From Candidatus Rokuibacteriota bacterium (lineage in GTDB: Bacteria > Methylomirabilota > Methylomirabilia > Rokubacteriales > CSP1-6): 61,244 nt of DNA. The translations under genes were made by a program, and so were the position numbers. This document shows positions 10,531 through 22,084 of the stretch, one piece after another. The number at the start of each line of letters is the position of its first letter. Positions within the stretch are counted from its first letter, which is position 1. The DNA lies in the NCBI GenBank assembly GCA_003220315.1, contig QHSA01000160.1, positions 1 through 61,244 on the forward strand. Reading direction: 5' to 3'. The notes below the pieces were generated by a model. That model saw only the letters and a list, made by a program, of their open reading frames with translations, was not told where the DNA came from and ran no database searches.

Positions 10531-10534
10531 GTCG

Positions 10535-12396
10535 ATGAGTGAAACCGCGGCCCCCGCCAAGGGCAAGTCGCTGAAGGAGCTGGATCGTGCCGTCGTCCGC
10601 TTCGCCGGCGACTCCGGCGACGGCATGCAGCTGACCGGCGAGCAGTTCACGACCGAATCCGCGTGGGCCGGCAACGACATCGCGACCTTGCCAAACTTCC
10701 CCGCCGAGATCCGCGCCCCCGCGGGCACGTTGTTCGGCGTCTCCAGCTTCCAGCTCCAATTCGGGAGTCAGCGCGTCTACACGCCCGGCGACCGGCTCGA
10801 CTGCCTGGTGGCGATGAATCCGGCCGCGCTCAAGGTGCACCTGCGCGACCTCAAGCCCGGCGGGCTGCTCGTCGTCAACACCGCGGCCTTCGACAAGCGC
10901 AACCTCGACAAGGCGGGCTACGCCGCGAACCCCCTCGAGGAGTCGACGCTGGCCGAGCGCTACCGGCTCCACAAGGTGGACATGACGGCGCTGACCTACG
11001 AGGCGATCAAGGACCTGCCGCTCGGCGCGAAGGAGAAGGACCGAACCAAGAACTTCTTTGCGCTCGGCCTGGTCTCGTGGATCTACACCCGGCCGCTCGA
11101 GCCCACGCTCGAGTGGATCACGAAAAAGTTCGCGAAGAACGCGTCCATCGCCGAGGCCAACACGCGCGTGCTGAAGGCGGGCCACGCCTACGGCGAGACC
11201 GCCGAGATCTTCGCCGAGCACTACACGATCGAGCCGGCGGAGATGGCGCCGGGGCTCTACCGGGCGATGACCGGCAACCGGGCTCTCGCGTGGGGGATCC
11301 TGGCGGCCGCCCAGCGCTCGAAGATCCCCGTGGTGTACGGCGCCTACCCGATCACGCCGGCGAGCGACATTCTGCATGAGCTCGCGCTCCACAAACGGTT
11401 CCGCGTGCGCACGATCCAGGCCGAGGACGAGATCGCCGCGGTCACGGCGGCGATCGGCGCGGCCTTCGGGGGGGCCATCGGCGTCACCGGGTCGAGCGGC
11501 CCGGGCATCGCGCTCAAGGGCGAGGCGATCGGCCTCGCGGTCACGGCCGAGCTGCCGCTCGTGATCTTCGACATCCAGCGGGGCGGCCCGTCGACGGGAC
11601 TGCCCACGAAGACCGAGCAGGCGGATCTGATGCAGGCGCTGTACGGCCGCAACAGCGAGTCGCCCGTCGTCGTCCTGGCGCCCGCGACACCGGGGGACTG
11701 CTTCTACATCGCCTACGAGGCCGTGCGCGTCGCGACGAAGTACATGGTCCCGGTGATGGTGCTGAGCGACGGGTTCCTGGCGAACGGCTCGGAGCCGTGG
11801 CTCATCCCGGATCCCGAGACGCTGCCGCCGATCGAGATCGGCTTTCGGACGGAGAGCGCCGGGTTCTTCCCGTACCTGCGCGACCCCGCGACGCTCGCGC
11901 GTCCGTGGGTGCGCCCCGGGACGCCAGGGCTCGAGCACCGCATCGGCGGGATCGAAAAGCAGGACGTCACGGGCAACATCTCCTACGACCCCGAGAACCA
12001 CGACCACATGGTCCGGACGCGCGCGGAGAAGGTGCGGCGCGTGGCCCAGGAGATTCCCCCCACGACGATCAACGGCCCTGCGACCGGCGACCTCCTCGTC
12101 GTCGGCTGGGGCGGGACGTATGGCGCGATCACGGCGGCGGTCGAGCGCGCGCAGACGGAGGGCAGGACGGTCGCCTCGATCCACCTCCGCTACATGAACC
12201 CGCTGCCGCCCGACCTCGGCCAGATCCTGCGCGAGTACCGGAGGGTGCTCGTGCCGGAAATCAACAGCGGCCAGCTCGTCCGGGTGCTCCGCGCCGAATA
12301 CCTGGTGGACGCCGTCGGCTTCAACCGCATGCGCGGCCTGCCGCTCGCGAGCGAGGAGATCCTGGAAGCCATCAACCAGCTGGTGGGGAGCCCAAC

Positions 12397-12400
<4 letters not shown>
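10535..12400 (+). CDS. korA: 2-oxoacid:ferredoxin oxidoreductase alpha subunit
   Basis: FAGDSGDGMQLTG, YPITPAS, QAEDEIAA, QRGGPSTGLPTK. Confidence 0.93.
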
Positions 12401-13425
<1,025 letters not shown>

Positions 13426-13451
13426 GCGTCGCCTCCGACCGTGTGACCACA

Positions 13452-13490
13452 CTTGCCGGCGTCCCTCGGGGAGCCGGCAAGGTCGTTTTC
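13452..13490 (+). terminator. Hairpin after korB, possible terminator
   Basis: CTTGCCGGC (13452-13460)/GCCGGCAAG (13473-13481) followed by GTCGTTTTC. Confidence 0.45.
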
Positions 13491-13505
13491 GGGTAAGGTG
13501 ATGCC

Positions 13506-14951
13506 ATGCCGCTAGGTCCCGGTCTCCTCGACGAGCTCCGGCGGATCCTCGGCCCGGACGGCCTCGTCGCCTCCGCGGAAGGGCGACTCGTCTACGAATG
13601 CGACATGCACACCTTCTACAAGGGCGCGCCCGACGTCGTCGCCCTGCCCGAGAGCACCGCCGAGGTCGTGGCGATCGTGCGCCTCTGTCGCGGCGAGCGC
13701 GTGCCCATCGTCCCGCGCGGCTCGGGCACGGGCCTGATCGGCGGCGCCATGGCGCCCCTCGGCGGGGTGATGATCGGACTGAACCGGATGACCCGGATCG
13801 TCGAGATCGACCTCGCGAACCGCGCGGCGACGGTCCAGCCGGGGCTGATCAACCTCTGGCTCACGCGCGCGGTGCAGGAGCGGGGATGGTTCTTCGCGCC
13901 CGATCCCTCGAGCCAGATGGTCTCGTCCATCGGCGGCAACGTGTCGACCAACGCCGGCGGGCCGCACTGTCTCAAGTACGGCATCACCGCCAACCACGTC
14001 CTGGGGCTCGAGCTGGTCACGGGCGCGGGCGAGGTCGTGCGGCTCGGCGGGAAGGTCGCCGACCGCGCGGGCTACGACCTGACGGGCGTCGCCGTCGGCT
14101 CGGAGGGGACGTTCGGCCTCGTGACGGCGGTGACGGTCCGGCTCCTCCACACGGCCGAGGCGGTCCAGACGATCCTCGCCTCCTTTGGGTCCATCGAGGA
14201 GGCGTCCGAGGCGGTCTCGGCGATCATCGCCGCGGGCATCATCCCGGCGGCCCTGGAGATGCTCGACGAGCTGATGATCCGGGCGATCAACGAGGGGACG
14301 GGTGCCGGATATCCGAAGGACGCGGGCGCGGTGCTCCTCATCGAGCTGGACGGCCCGCGCGCCGAGGTCCTGGCGCAGGCGGAGCGCGTGGCGACGATCT
14401 GCCGCGAGCGCGGCGCTCTCGACGTCAGAGTCGCGCGCGACGAGAGCGAGCGCGCGCTCCTGTGGAAAGGACGCAAGGAGGCGGCGGGCGCGGTGGGGCG
14501 CCTCGCGCCGACGTACCTGCTTCAGGATTGCGTGGTGCCGCGCTCCAGGCTCCCCGAGATCATGCGCGCGCTCCGCGCGATCGCCGAGCGCCACCGCGTG
14601 CAGATCGCCAACGTCTTTCACGCGGGCGACGGCAACCTCCACCCGCTCATCCTCTACGACGACCGGAACCCCGAGGAGCTCGAGCGCGCGAAGGCGGCGA
14701 ACGAGGCGCTGCTCCACGCCTGTATCGCGATGGGCGGCACGATCACGGGCGAGCACGGCGTGGGTCTCGACAAGGCCAAGAATCTCCCGCTCCAGTACGG
14801 CGAGGCCGATCTGAACTTCATGGCCCGGCTGCGCCGCATCTTCGACCCCGACCGGATCATGAATCCCGGTAAGCTGCTCCCCTCGCATCCGGCCTGCGGC
14901 GAGGGGTTCCGCCCGGCGCGGCCCCGTGTGCCGGAGGGCGCGTGGATCTAG
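13506..14951 (+). CDS. glcD: Glycolate oxidase FAD subunit
   Basis: PRGSGTGL.GG, PDPSSQ..SSIGGN, AGGPHCLKYG, FHAGDGNLHP, GEHGVG, NPGK. Confidence 0.88.
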   Translation: MPLGPGLLDELRRILGPDGLVASAEGRLVYECDMHTFYKGAPDVVALPESTAEVVAIVRLCRGERVPIVPRGSGTGLIGGAMAPLGGVMIGLNRMTRIVEIDLANRAATVQPGLINLWLTRAVQERGWFFAPDPSSQMVSSIGGNVSTNAGGPHCLKYGITANHVLGLELVTGAGEVVRLGGKVADRAGYDLTGVAVGSEGTFGLVTAVTVRLLHTAEAVQTILASFGSIEEASEAVSAIIAAGIIPAALEMLDELMIRAINEGTGAGYPKDAGAVLLIELDGPRAEVLAQAERVATICRERGALDVRVARDESERALLWKGRKEAAGAVGRLAPTYLLQDCVVPRSRLPEIMRALRAIAERHRVQIANVFHAGDGNLHPLILYDDRNPEELERAKAANEALLHACIAMGGTITGEHGVGLDKAKNLPLQYGEADLNFMARLRRIFDPDRIMNPGKLLPSHPACGEGFRPARPRVPEGAWI

Positions 14952-15011
14952 CGCCGGGCACGCTGCGGTCGCCCGTGCGGAGTCGCCGAAGCTCGTTGGA
15001 GGCGCACTAGC

Positions 15012-16322
15012 GTGAGCATCCTCGCACGCCCGATCCAGGGCGCGCTCGCGGCGATCGTGGGTCGCGAGGCCTTGGTGGACGACACGGCGGCCCGCGTGAG
15101 CGCCGCCGTCGACGGCCTCGTGCCGCGCTGGATCGTCCGGCCGCGGTCACTCGAGCACGTGAGCCGCGTGCTCGCCCTCGCCTGGGACGCGGAGCTGGCC
15201 GTCGTGCCCCGGGGCGGCGGCAACGCCCTCGCGCTCGGTCACCCGCCGTCTCGCCTGGACCTGGTCCTCGACCTCCGACGGCTCGATCGCGTCGTCGAGT
15301 ACAACCCCGACGACCTCACGGTCACCGTGGAGGCGGGGACCACGATGGGCGCGCTCGCGGCGCGCGTCGGGGCGCGACGGCAGCTCCTTCCGCTCGATCC
15401 GGCCGGGGTGGAGCGCCGGACGCTGGGCGGGCTCGCGGCGACCGACGCGAGCGGCCCGCTGCGAGCCCGCTATGGCACCATGCGCGACCTGCTGCTCGGA
15501 GTGCGTTTCGTCCAGGCGGACGGAGTGATGACCTGGGGAGGGGCCAAGGTCGTGAAGTCCGTCAGCGGCTACGACGTCCCCAAGCTCATGGTGGGCGCCC
15601 TCGGGACCCTCGGTGTCCTCGGCGAGCTGACCCTCCGGCTCCACCCCGAGCCCGAGTTCGAGGCGACCTGGCTCGCGGTCTTCACGGACGTGGCCGCGGC
15701 GCAGGCCTTCGTCGCGCGCCTCGTGGACTCGACGGTGCAGCCGAGCCGGGTCGAGTTCCTGAACCGCGCGGGCCTCGCCGCCTGCGGCGCCGGCGACGGG
15801 CCAGCGGCCGTGGCGGTCTCGATCGGCACGGCGGAGGAGGCGGTTCGTGCCCAGGGCGAGACGGTCGCGCGCTTCGCCCGGGAAGCGGGCGCGTGGCTCC
15901 GGCCGCTCGGCGCAAGCTTCTGGGCGGCGCATGCGGAGGCCACGGCGCTGGACGGGGCGATCGTGCTCTCCGTGGGAACCCTCGTGACCCTGGTCGGCGA
16001 GACGGCCGCCGAGACCGAGCGCGCCGTCGCGGCGGCCGGGGTCGCGGCGACGCTCACGGGCGCGGCCACGCTCGGAAGCCTCCGTGCCGCGTTCCCCGCG
16101 GTGGAGCCTCGAGCCGTCGGGACGCTCGTCGAGCGCCTGCGTGCGTTCCTCGCGCCCGTCGGCGGCGGCGTGATCATCCAGCGCGCGCCGGCGGCGGTGC
16201 GCGCCGCCGTCGATCCGTGGGGGCCGGTCGAGCCCGGCGCCCTCTCGCTGATGCGCGGGCTCAAGGACGAGTTCGACGCCAAGCGAGTGCTCAACCCCGG
16301 ACGCTTCGTCGGCGGACTCTGA
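15012..16322 (+). CDS. glcE: Glycolate oxidase FAD-binding subunit
   Basis: GAKVVKSVSGYDVPKLMVGALGTLG, LNPGRF. Confidence 0.82.
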   Translation: MSILARPIQGALAAIVGREALVDDTAARVSAAVDGLVPRWIVRPRSLEHVSRVLALAWDAELAVVPRGGGNALALGHPPSRLDLVLDLRRLDRVVEYNPDDLTVTVEAGTTMGALAARVGARRQLLPLDPAGVERRTLGGLAATDASGPLRARYGTMRDLLLGVRFVQADGVMTWGGAKVVKSVSGYDVPKLMVGALGTLGVLGELTLRLHPEPEFEATWLAVFTDVAAAQAFVARLVDSTVQPSRVEFLNRAGLAACGAGDGPAAVAVSIGTAEEAVRAQGETVARFAREAGAWLRPLGASFWAAHAEATALDGAIVLSVGTLVTLVGETAAETERAVAAAGVAATLTGAATLGSLRAAFPAVEPRAVGTLVERLRAFLAPVGGGVIIQRAPAAVRAAVDPWGPVEPGALSLMRGLKDEFDAKRVLNPGRFVGGL

Positions 16323-17575
16323 TGGCGTTGTCGGCGTTCGCCCCGCCCGACGCTCCCGACCTCGAGGAGATCCGGAAGTGCGTCCACTGCGGCATCTGCC
16401 TGCCCCAGTGTCCAACGTACCGGGTGCTGGGCGAGGAGATGGACTCGCCGCGCGGCCGGATCTATCTGATGCGGGCCGCGGCGGAGGGACGTCTCACCCT
16501 GACCGAGACCTTCACCCGCCACATCGACCTCTGTCTTGGCTGCCGGGCGTGCGAGACTGCGTGTCCCTCGGGCGTCCGCTTCGGCTCACTCCTCGAGGCG
16601 ACGCGCGCCCAGCTCCGACGCCACGGTCCGCCGCCGAGACGGCGCTTCCTGGACCGATTCATCTATGCGGTGTTCCCGGAGCCGGACCGCCTGGGCGCGG
16701 CGCTCGGGCTCTTGCGTCTCTATCGGCGGTCGGGGCTCCAGCGCCTCGTGCGGTCGACGGGGGCGCTGAGGTTCTTCCCGCGGCTCGCCGCGATGGAGGG
16801 ACTGCTCGGCGACGTGCCGCGCGCCGAGCCGCTCCCGGAGCTCTACCCCGCGCGCGGGCGGCGGCGCGGCCGCGTCGGGCTCCTGACCGGGTGCGTGCAG
16901 CGCCACCTGTTCCCCCACGTCAACCGCGACACGGCACGCCTGCTGGCGCTCGCGGGGTGGGAGGTCGTGGTCCCGCGCGGCCAGGGGTGCTGCGGCGCCC
17001 TCGAGCTCCACGCGGGACGGACCGACGACTTCCGTGCGCGCGCGCGACGGCTCGTGGCGACGTTCCCCGACGACGTCGACTGGGTCGTGACCAACGCGGC
17101 GGGGTGCGGGTCGGCGATGAAGGAATACGGCCACTGGGTGCGGGAGGCGAGCGGACTCGCGGTGCGGACGCGCGACGTGACGGAGATGCTCGCGGACGCC
17201 GAGCTGCCGCTCGGCAGGCTCGAGCTGACCGTGACCTATCACGACGCCTGCCACCTCGCCCACGGCCAGCGCGTGCGTCAGGAGCCGCGGCAGCTCCTCC
17301 GGCGGATCCCCGGCCTCAGGCTCGTGGAGCTCGCGGAGAGCGACCTCTGCTGCGGAAGCGCGGGGGTGTACAGCATCCTCGAGCCCGGGATCGCGCGCGA
17401 GCTCCTGGAGCTCAAGATCACGCGGATCGCGGAGACGGGGGCCACGGTCGTGGCGACGGGGAATCCCGGCTGTCTCATGCAGATCGCTCAGGGCGCTCGT
17501 GCGCGCGGCCTGGACGTCACGGTCGTCCATCCCGTAGAGTTGCTGGTCAGATCCATCGAAGGGGAGGCGATATGA
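16322..17575 (+). CDS. glcF: Glycolate oxidase Fe-S subunit
   Basis: CVHCGICLPQCPTY, CLGCRACETACPSGV, two CCG domains; ATG overlaps glcE stop. Confidence 0.88.
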   Translation: MALSAFAPPDAPDLEEIRKCVHCGICLPQCPTYRVLGEEMDSPRGRIYLMRAAAEGRLTLTETFTRHIDLCLGCRACETACPSGVRFGSLLEATRAQLRRHGPPPRRRFLDRFIYAVFPEPDRLGAALGLLRLYRRSGLQRLVRSTGALRFFPRLAAMEGLLGDVPRAEPLPELYPARGRRRGRVGLLTGCVQRHLFPHVNRDTARLLALAGWEVVVPRGQGCCGALELHAGRTDDFRARARRLVATFPDDVDWVVTNAAGCGSAMKEYGHWVREASGLAVRTRDVTEMLADAELPLGRLELTVTYHDACHLAHGQRVRQEPRQLLRRIPGLRLVELAESDLCCGSAGVYSILEPGIARELLELKITRIAETGATVVATGNPGCLMQIAQGARARGLDVTVVHPVELLVRSIEGEAI

Positions 17576-17645
17576 GGAGCGGGGCCACGCCGCGCCTCGT
17601 CTCAGGCCACCCATCGAGTGTCGAGGGCTCGAGGCCCCCGGGACC

Positions 17646-18014
17646 ATGAAGATTCGCGTGAAGGACCACGTGAAGTTCCAGGCCGACAAGATGGCGAAGA
17701 TCGCGCTCGCCACGACGGCGCGCGCCCAGCTCGACCTCTACTGCGTCGCGCCGGGCCAGGCCCAGACGCCACACCGCCACGTGGATCAAGACAAGATCTA
17801 CTACGTGCTCGAGGGGCGCGGGCGCTTCCGCGTGGGCGCCGACGAGGAGACCGTCGAGGCGGGCGAGGCGGTGGTCGCCCGGGCGGGAGTCGAGCATGGC
17901 CTCGTCAACGACGGCCGGGTCCCTCTGGTCGCCCTCGTCGTCGTCACGCCCCCGCCAGCGCACCTGTCGCAGGCCACCCACGGTGGCGCCGGCCGCGCGG
18001 CACCCGAGACATGA
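17646..18014 (+). CDS. Cupin-domain protein
   Basis: PHRH...DKIYYVLEGRG, AGVEHG. Confidence 0.8.
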   Translation: MKIRVKDHVKFQADKMAKIALATTARAQLDLYCVAPGQAQTPHRHVDQDKIYYVLEGRGRFRVGADEETVEAGEAVVARAGVEHGLVNDGRVPLVALVVVTPPPAHLSQATHGGAGRAAPET

Positions 18015-18742
18015 CGGTGATGCGCGCCTCGCTGATGATCACGTGCCTCGGCGACATGTTCTTCCCCGAGGTGGGCGTGAGCATCGTTCGGCTCCTCCGG
18101 CGCCTCGGCGTGACCGTCGAGTTCCCGCAGGGCCAAACGTGTTGTGGGCTGCCCCTCTTCAACTCCGGCTACCACGCCGAGGCGCGCCGTGTGGCGGCAC
18201 GCACCGTCGCGCTCTTTCGCGACGCCGATCACGTCGTCGTGCCCTCGGGCTCGTGCGCGTGGATGGTCAGGCACGAGTACCCGGGGCTCGTGGGGGAGCC
18301 GGAGCTCGCCAGGGACGCGCTCCGTCTCGCGGCGCGGGTCTACGAGCTCTCGCAGTTCCTCGTCCGTGTGCTGGGCCGGTCCGAGTTTCACTCGACCGTG
18401 CGCGGACGCGTCACCTACCACGACTCGTGCCACCTCCTCCGAGGACTCCACGAAGCCGAGAGCCCGCGTGAGGTCCTCCGTCACCTCGCGGGCGTCGAGT
18501 TCGTCGAGCTGCCGGGCGCCGACGAGTGCTGCGGCTTCGGCGGGTCGTTCGCCGTGCGCCTGCCGGAGGTGTCCTCCCAGATCCTCGAGAAGAAGCTCAG
18601 GCACGTCGAGGCGACCGGCGCCGCGTGCCTGGTCGCGTGCGACGCGGGGTGCTTGATGCAGATGGGGGGCGGTCTCCGGCGCCGGGGCTCGCGCGTGCGC
18701 GCCCTGCACCTCGCGGAGCTCCTCGACGGGGGCCGGGCGTGA
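18011..18742 (+). CDS. lutA: Lactate utilization CCG-domain protein
   Basis: TCLGDMFFP, QTCCG.P..NSG, PSGSC, YHDSCH, ECCGFGG.F. Confidence 0.88.
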   Translation: MTVMRASLMITCLGDMFFPEVGVSIVRLLRRLGVTVEFPQGQTCCGLPLFNSGYHAEARRVAARTVALFRDADHVVVPSGSCAWMVRHEYPGLVGEPELARDALRLAARVYELSQFLVRVLGRSEFHSTVRGRVTYHDSCHLLRGLHEAESPREVLRHLAGVEFVELPGADECCGFGGSFAVRLPEVSSQILEKKLRHVEATGAACLVACDAGCLMQMGGGLRRRGSRVRALHLAELLDGGRA

Positions 18743-20157
18743 GCCAGGCCGACCTCTCGATCCCCTTCCGCCGGCGCGCCGGCCGCGCGATGGAAGACGC
18801 CTTCCTCCAGGAGGCGCTGACCATCGCGACGACGAAGTTCATCGGGCTCCGCCGCGAGGCGTTCGACGCCTTCCCCGAGGGTGAGGGCCTCCGTGACCGG
18901 GCGCGGGAGATCAAGGAAGCGACGCTGCAACACCTCGATCGCTACCTCGAGCAGCTGATCGGGAACGTCGAGCGCTTCGGGGGGCGGGTGCACTTCGCGA
19001 CGACGGCGGCGGAGGCGCGCGCCGTCATCCTCGAGATCGGCCGCCGGGCGGGCGCCCGGATGGCGGTGAAGTCGAAGTCCATGGCCACCGAGGAGATCCA
19101 TCTCAACGAGGCGCTCGAGGAGGCCGGGATCGTCCCGGTGGAGACGGATCTCGGCGAGTACATCATCCAGCTCGCCCACGAGCGGCCGTCGCACATCATC
19201 GCGCCCGCGATCCACAAGACGAAGGGCCAGATCGCCGACCTCTTCGGGAAGGAGCTCAAGCGCACGGTTCCCGCGGATCCCGAGGCGCTCACGCAGCTCG
19301 CGCGGGGCGAGCTGCGGGAGAAGTTCCTCCAGGCGGACCTCGGGATCACGGGGGCGAACTTCGCGGTCGCGGACACGGGCACCGTCGTCCTGGTCACCAA
19401 CGAGGGCAACGGCCGCATGGTGACCTCGCTTCCCCGTGTCCACGTCGCGGTGATGGGCGTCGAGAAGGTCGTGCCCTCGATGAGCGACCTCATGGTGTTC
19501 CTGGCGATCCTCGCGAAGAGCGCGACCGGCCAGAAGCTCTCCGTCTACACGACGCTCGTCCAGGGACCGCGGCGCGCGGGGGAGCTCGAGGGGCCGGAGG
19601 AGTTCCATCTGGTCCTCCTGGACAACGGCCGGGTCGATCAGCTCGCGGGGCCGCTCCGCGAGGCGCTCTACTGTCTGCGCTGCGGCGCGTGCCTCAACGT
19701 CTGCCCGGTCTACCGTCAGATCGGCGGCCACGCCTACGGCCACACGTACCCAGGGCCGATCGGAATATTGTTGACGGCGATGCTCAACGGCCCCGCCTCG
19801 GTGAAGGAGCTGGCGCACGCCTCCTCACTCTGCGGGGCGTGTGCCGACGCGTGCCCGGTGCGGATCGATATCCCGCGCATGCTCATCGAGCTCCGGCGCC
19901 AGGTGGACGAGAAGCGGATCGCGCCCTGGATCGAGCGGGTCGTGTTCGAGTCGTTCGGGTGGCTCCTGGCGCGCCCGCTCCTCTACGGGCTGGCGGGCCG
20001 CATCGCCCGCGTCCTGCAGCGTCCCTTCGTCCGTGACGGCGCGATCCGGAGCCTCCCGCTCTTCGGTGACTGGACGCGGACGCGCGATCTCCCCGCGGTG
20101 GCGAGCCGGACCTTCCGGGAGCGCTGGAACGAGCTGGAGAGGGAGACCCCGCGATGA
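18739..20157 (+). CDS. lutB: Lactate utilization Fe-S protein
   Basis: KSKSMATEEI, ETDLGEYIIQL, NEGNGR, CLRCGACLNVCPVY; GTGA overlap. Confidence 0.92.
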   Translation: MSQADLSIPFRRRAGRAMEDAFLQEALTIATTKFIGLRREAFDAFPEGEGLRDRAREIKEATLQHLDRYLEQLIGNVERFGGRVHFATTAAEARAVILEIGRRAGARMAVKSKSMATEEIHLNEALEEAGIVPVETDLGEYIIQLAHERPSHIIAPAIHKTKGQIADLFGKELKRTVPADPEALTQLARGELREKFLQADLGITGANFAVADTGTVVLVTNEGNGRMVTSLPRVHVAVMGVEKVVPSMSDLMVFLAILAKSATGQKLSVYTTLVQGPRRAGELEGPEEFHLVLLDNGRVDQLAGPLREALYCLRCGACLNVCPVYRQIGGHAYGHTYPGPIGILLTAMLNGPASVKELAHASSLCGACADACPVRIDIPRMLIELRRQVDEKRIAPWIERVVFESFGWLLARPLLYGLAGRIARVLQRPFVRDGAIRSLPLFGDWTRTRDLPAVASRTFRERWNELERETPR

Positions 20158-20897
20158 CCACGCGTGCGGAGTTCATGGCGCGGATCCGCGCCGAGCTCGG
20201 CAAGACGCGCGGCCTCCCTCCCGCGACGCCTGCCCGGCGGCCCGCGCGCCCGCGCGTGGAGGCGGAGGCCATCCGGGCTGAGCTCGCGGAGCGCTGGCCC
20301 GAGGCGCTCGAGCGCTTCCGCCACGAGCTCGAGAAGGTCGGCGGCGTCTTCTACCGCGTGGCGACCCTCGCGGAGGTGGTGCCGGTCGTCGCGGGAATCG
20401 CTCGCGAGCGCGCGGCGCGCCGGCTCGTGAGCTGGCACGCCGCCGAGCTCGGCGGCGATCTCGGGCCGGCACTCACCGCCCAGGGGCTCGAGCCGGTCGC
20501 GATGCCGCCGGGGGAGGTTGCGAGCGCGGCCGAGCGTCAGCGACTGCGCGAGCTCGTCGCGGCGGCCGAGCTCGGCCTGACGGGCGTGGATCTCGCGATC
20601 GCCGAGACGGGGACCCTCGTCCTCTCGAGCGGCGCCGGGCGCCCGCGCTCGACGTCGCTCTTGCCGCCCTACCACATCGCGCTCTTCGACCGGACGGCGC
20701 TCGTCGAGTCGCTCGCGCAGGCGGGCGTGTTCCTCGAGCTCTGGCACGCCGACGGTGCGCCGGGGCCCCGCGGAGCCGTCATCAGCTTCATCACCGGCCC
20801 GAGCCGAACGGCGGATATCGAGCTGACGCTCACGCGCGGCGTGCACGGGCCGAAGGAGGTGCACGCGATCTTCGTCGAGGCGCCGATCCGTGGCTGA
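20154..20897 (+). CDS. lutC: Lactate utilization LUD-domain protein
   Basis: AIAETGT, SLLPPYHIA, ITGPSRTADIE...GVHGP. Confidence 0.9.
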   Translation: MTTRAEFMARIRAELGKTRGLPPATPARRPARPRVEAEAIRAELAERWPEALERFRHELEKVGGVFYRVATLAEVVPVVAGIARERAARRLVSWHAAELGGDLGPALTAQGLEPVAMPPGEVASAAERQRLRELVAAAELGLTGVDLAIAETGTLVLSSGAGRPRSTSLLPPYHIALFDRTALVESLAQAGVFLELWHADGAPGPRGAVISFITGPSRTADIELTLTRGVHGPKEVHAIFVEAPIRG

Positions 20898-21291
20898 CCG
20901 CCACTTCACGCCGCGCGAGGTGGAGGCGCTGATCCCCGCGCTCACGCCGCTCATGCGCGAGGCGATGGCCGCTCATACGAAGGCCGCCGCGCTGCGCGAG
21001 CGGCTGCGGGCCGAGCAGGCGCGGATCGCGCTGGCCGGCGGTGGCGTCGTGGACCGGGCGCAGTGGCGCGCGGACTCCGGGCGGATCGAGCAGCTGACCG
21101 AACGGGTGCGCAAGACGCTCGAGAAGGTCGTGGAGCTCGGCGGCCGGCCGAAGGACCTCGGGCTCGGCCTGGTGGACTTCCCGCACCTGCGCGACGGTCG
21201 CGAGGTCAACCTCTGCTGGCAGTACGGTGAACGCGAGATCCGTCACTGGCACGGCCTCGACGAGGGGTACGCGGGGCGGAAGCCGCTCTGA
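20890..21291 (+). CDS. DUF2203-family protein
   Basis: FT..E....P, KD...GLVDFP, LCWQYGE..I.HWH..DEGYAGRKP. Confidence 0.85.
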   Translation: MADRHFTPREVEALIPALTPLMREAMAAHTKAAALRERLRAEQARIALAGGGVVDRAQWRADSGRIEQLTERVRKTLEKVVELGGRPKDLGLGLVDFPHLRDGREVNLCWQYGEREIRHWHGLDEGYAGRKPL

Positions 21292-22037
21292 TGACCTACA
21301 CCGCTGTCCTCTTCGACCTCTTCGACACGTTGGTCCGCTTCGATCGGGATCGCATGCCCGAGATCCAGGTGAACGGGCGGACGGTGCGCTCCACGGCGGG
21401 CCACCTCCACCAGGTCCTGAGATCGCACGCCCCCGAGATCTCCCTCGAGGCGTGCTACGAGGCGCTCGTCGAGAGCTGGCGCGAGGCCGAGCGGCTGCGC
21501 GCGATCGACTACCGTGAGGTCCCGGCCCCCGAGCGGTTCGACCACTTCTTCCGTCGCCTCGCGCTCGACCCGGCGAGGCTGCCACCCGGGCTCGGCCAGA
21601 CGCTGATCGATACCCACCGGTCCCAGCTCGGGAAGGCCGCCGAGTTTCCCCTCCATCACGGGCCGCTGCTCGAGCGCCTCGCGCGGCGGTACCGGTTGGC
21701 GGTCGTCTCGAACTTCGACTACACGCCGACCGCCGTGGACATCCTCGAGCGCGAGGGCGTCGCCCGCCGCTTCAGCGCGATCGTCGTCTCCGACGCCGTC
21801 GGCTGGCGGAAGCCCAAGCGCGAGATCTTCGACGAGGCGCTGCGCCGCCTGGACGTCGGGGTCGACGAGGCGCTCTTCGTCGGCGACCGCGCCGACATCG
21901 ACGTGCTCGGGGCCCAGCAGATCGGGATGGACGCCGCATGGATCAATCCGGAGGGCGCCCCGCTTCCGCCCGGGATCACGCCGCCCCGCTACGAGCTCCG
22001 AGACCTCGCGGACCTCGGCGCGATCCTCGGCGTGTGA
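21291..22037 (+). CDS. HAD-superfamily hydrolase
   Basis: FDLFDTL, VVSNF, RKP, FVGDRADIDV.GA. Confidence 0.88.
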   Translation: MTYTAVLFDLFDTLVRFDRDRMPEIQVNGRTVRSTAGHLHQVLRSHAPEISLEACYEALVESWREAERLRAIDYREVPAPERFDHFFRRLALDPARLPPGLGQTLIDTHRSQLGKAAEFPLHHGPLLERLARRYRLAVVSNFDYTPTAVDILEREGVARRFSAIVVSDAVGWRKPKREIFDEALRRLDVGVDEALFVGDRADIDVLGAQQIGMDAAWINPEGAPLPPGITPPRYELRDLADLGAILGV

Positions 22038-22084
22038 CGAGCATCGCCCGGAACCGGGAGCGCATCTAAAGACGGAGGAGAGTT

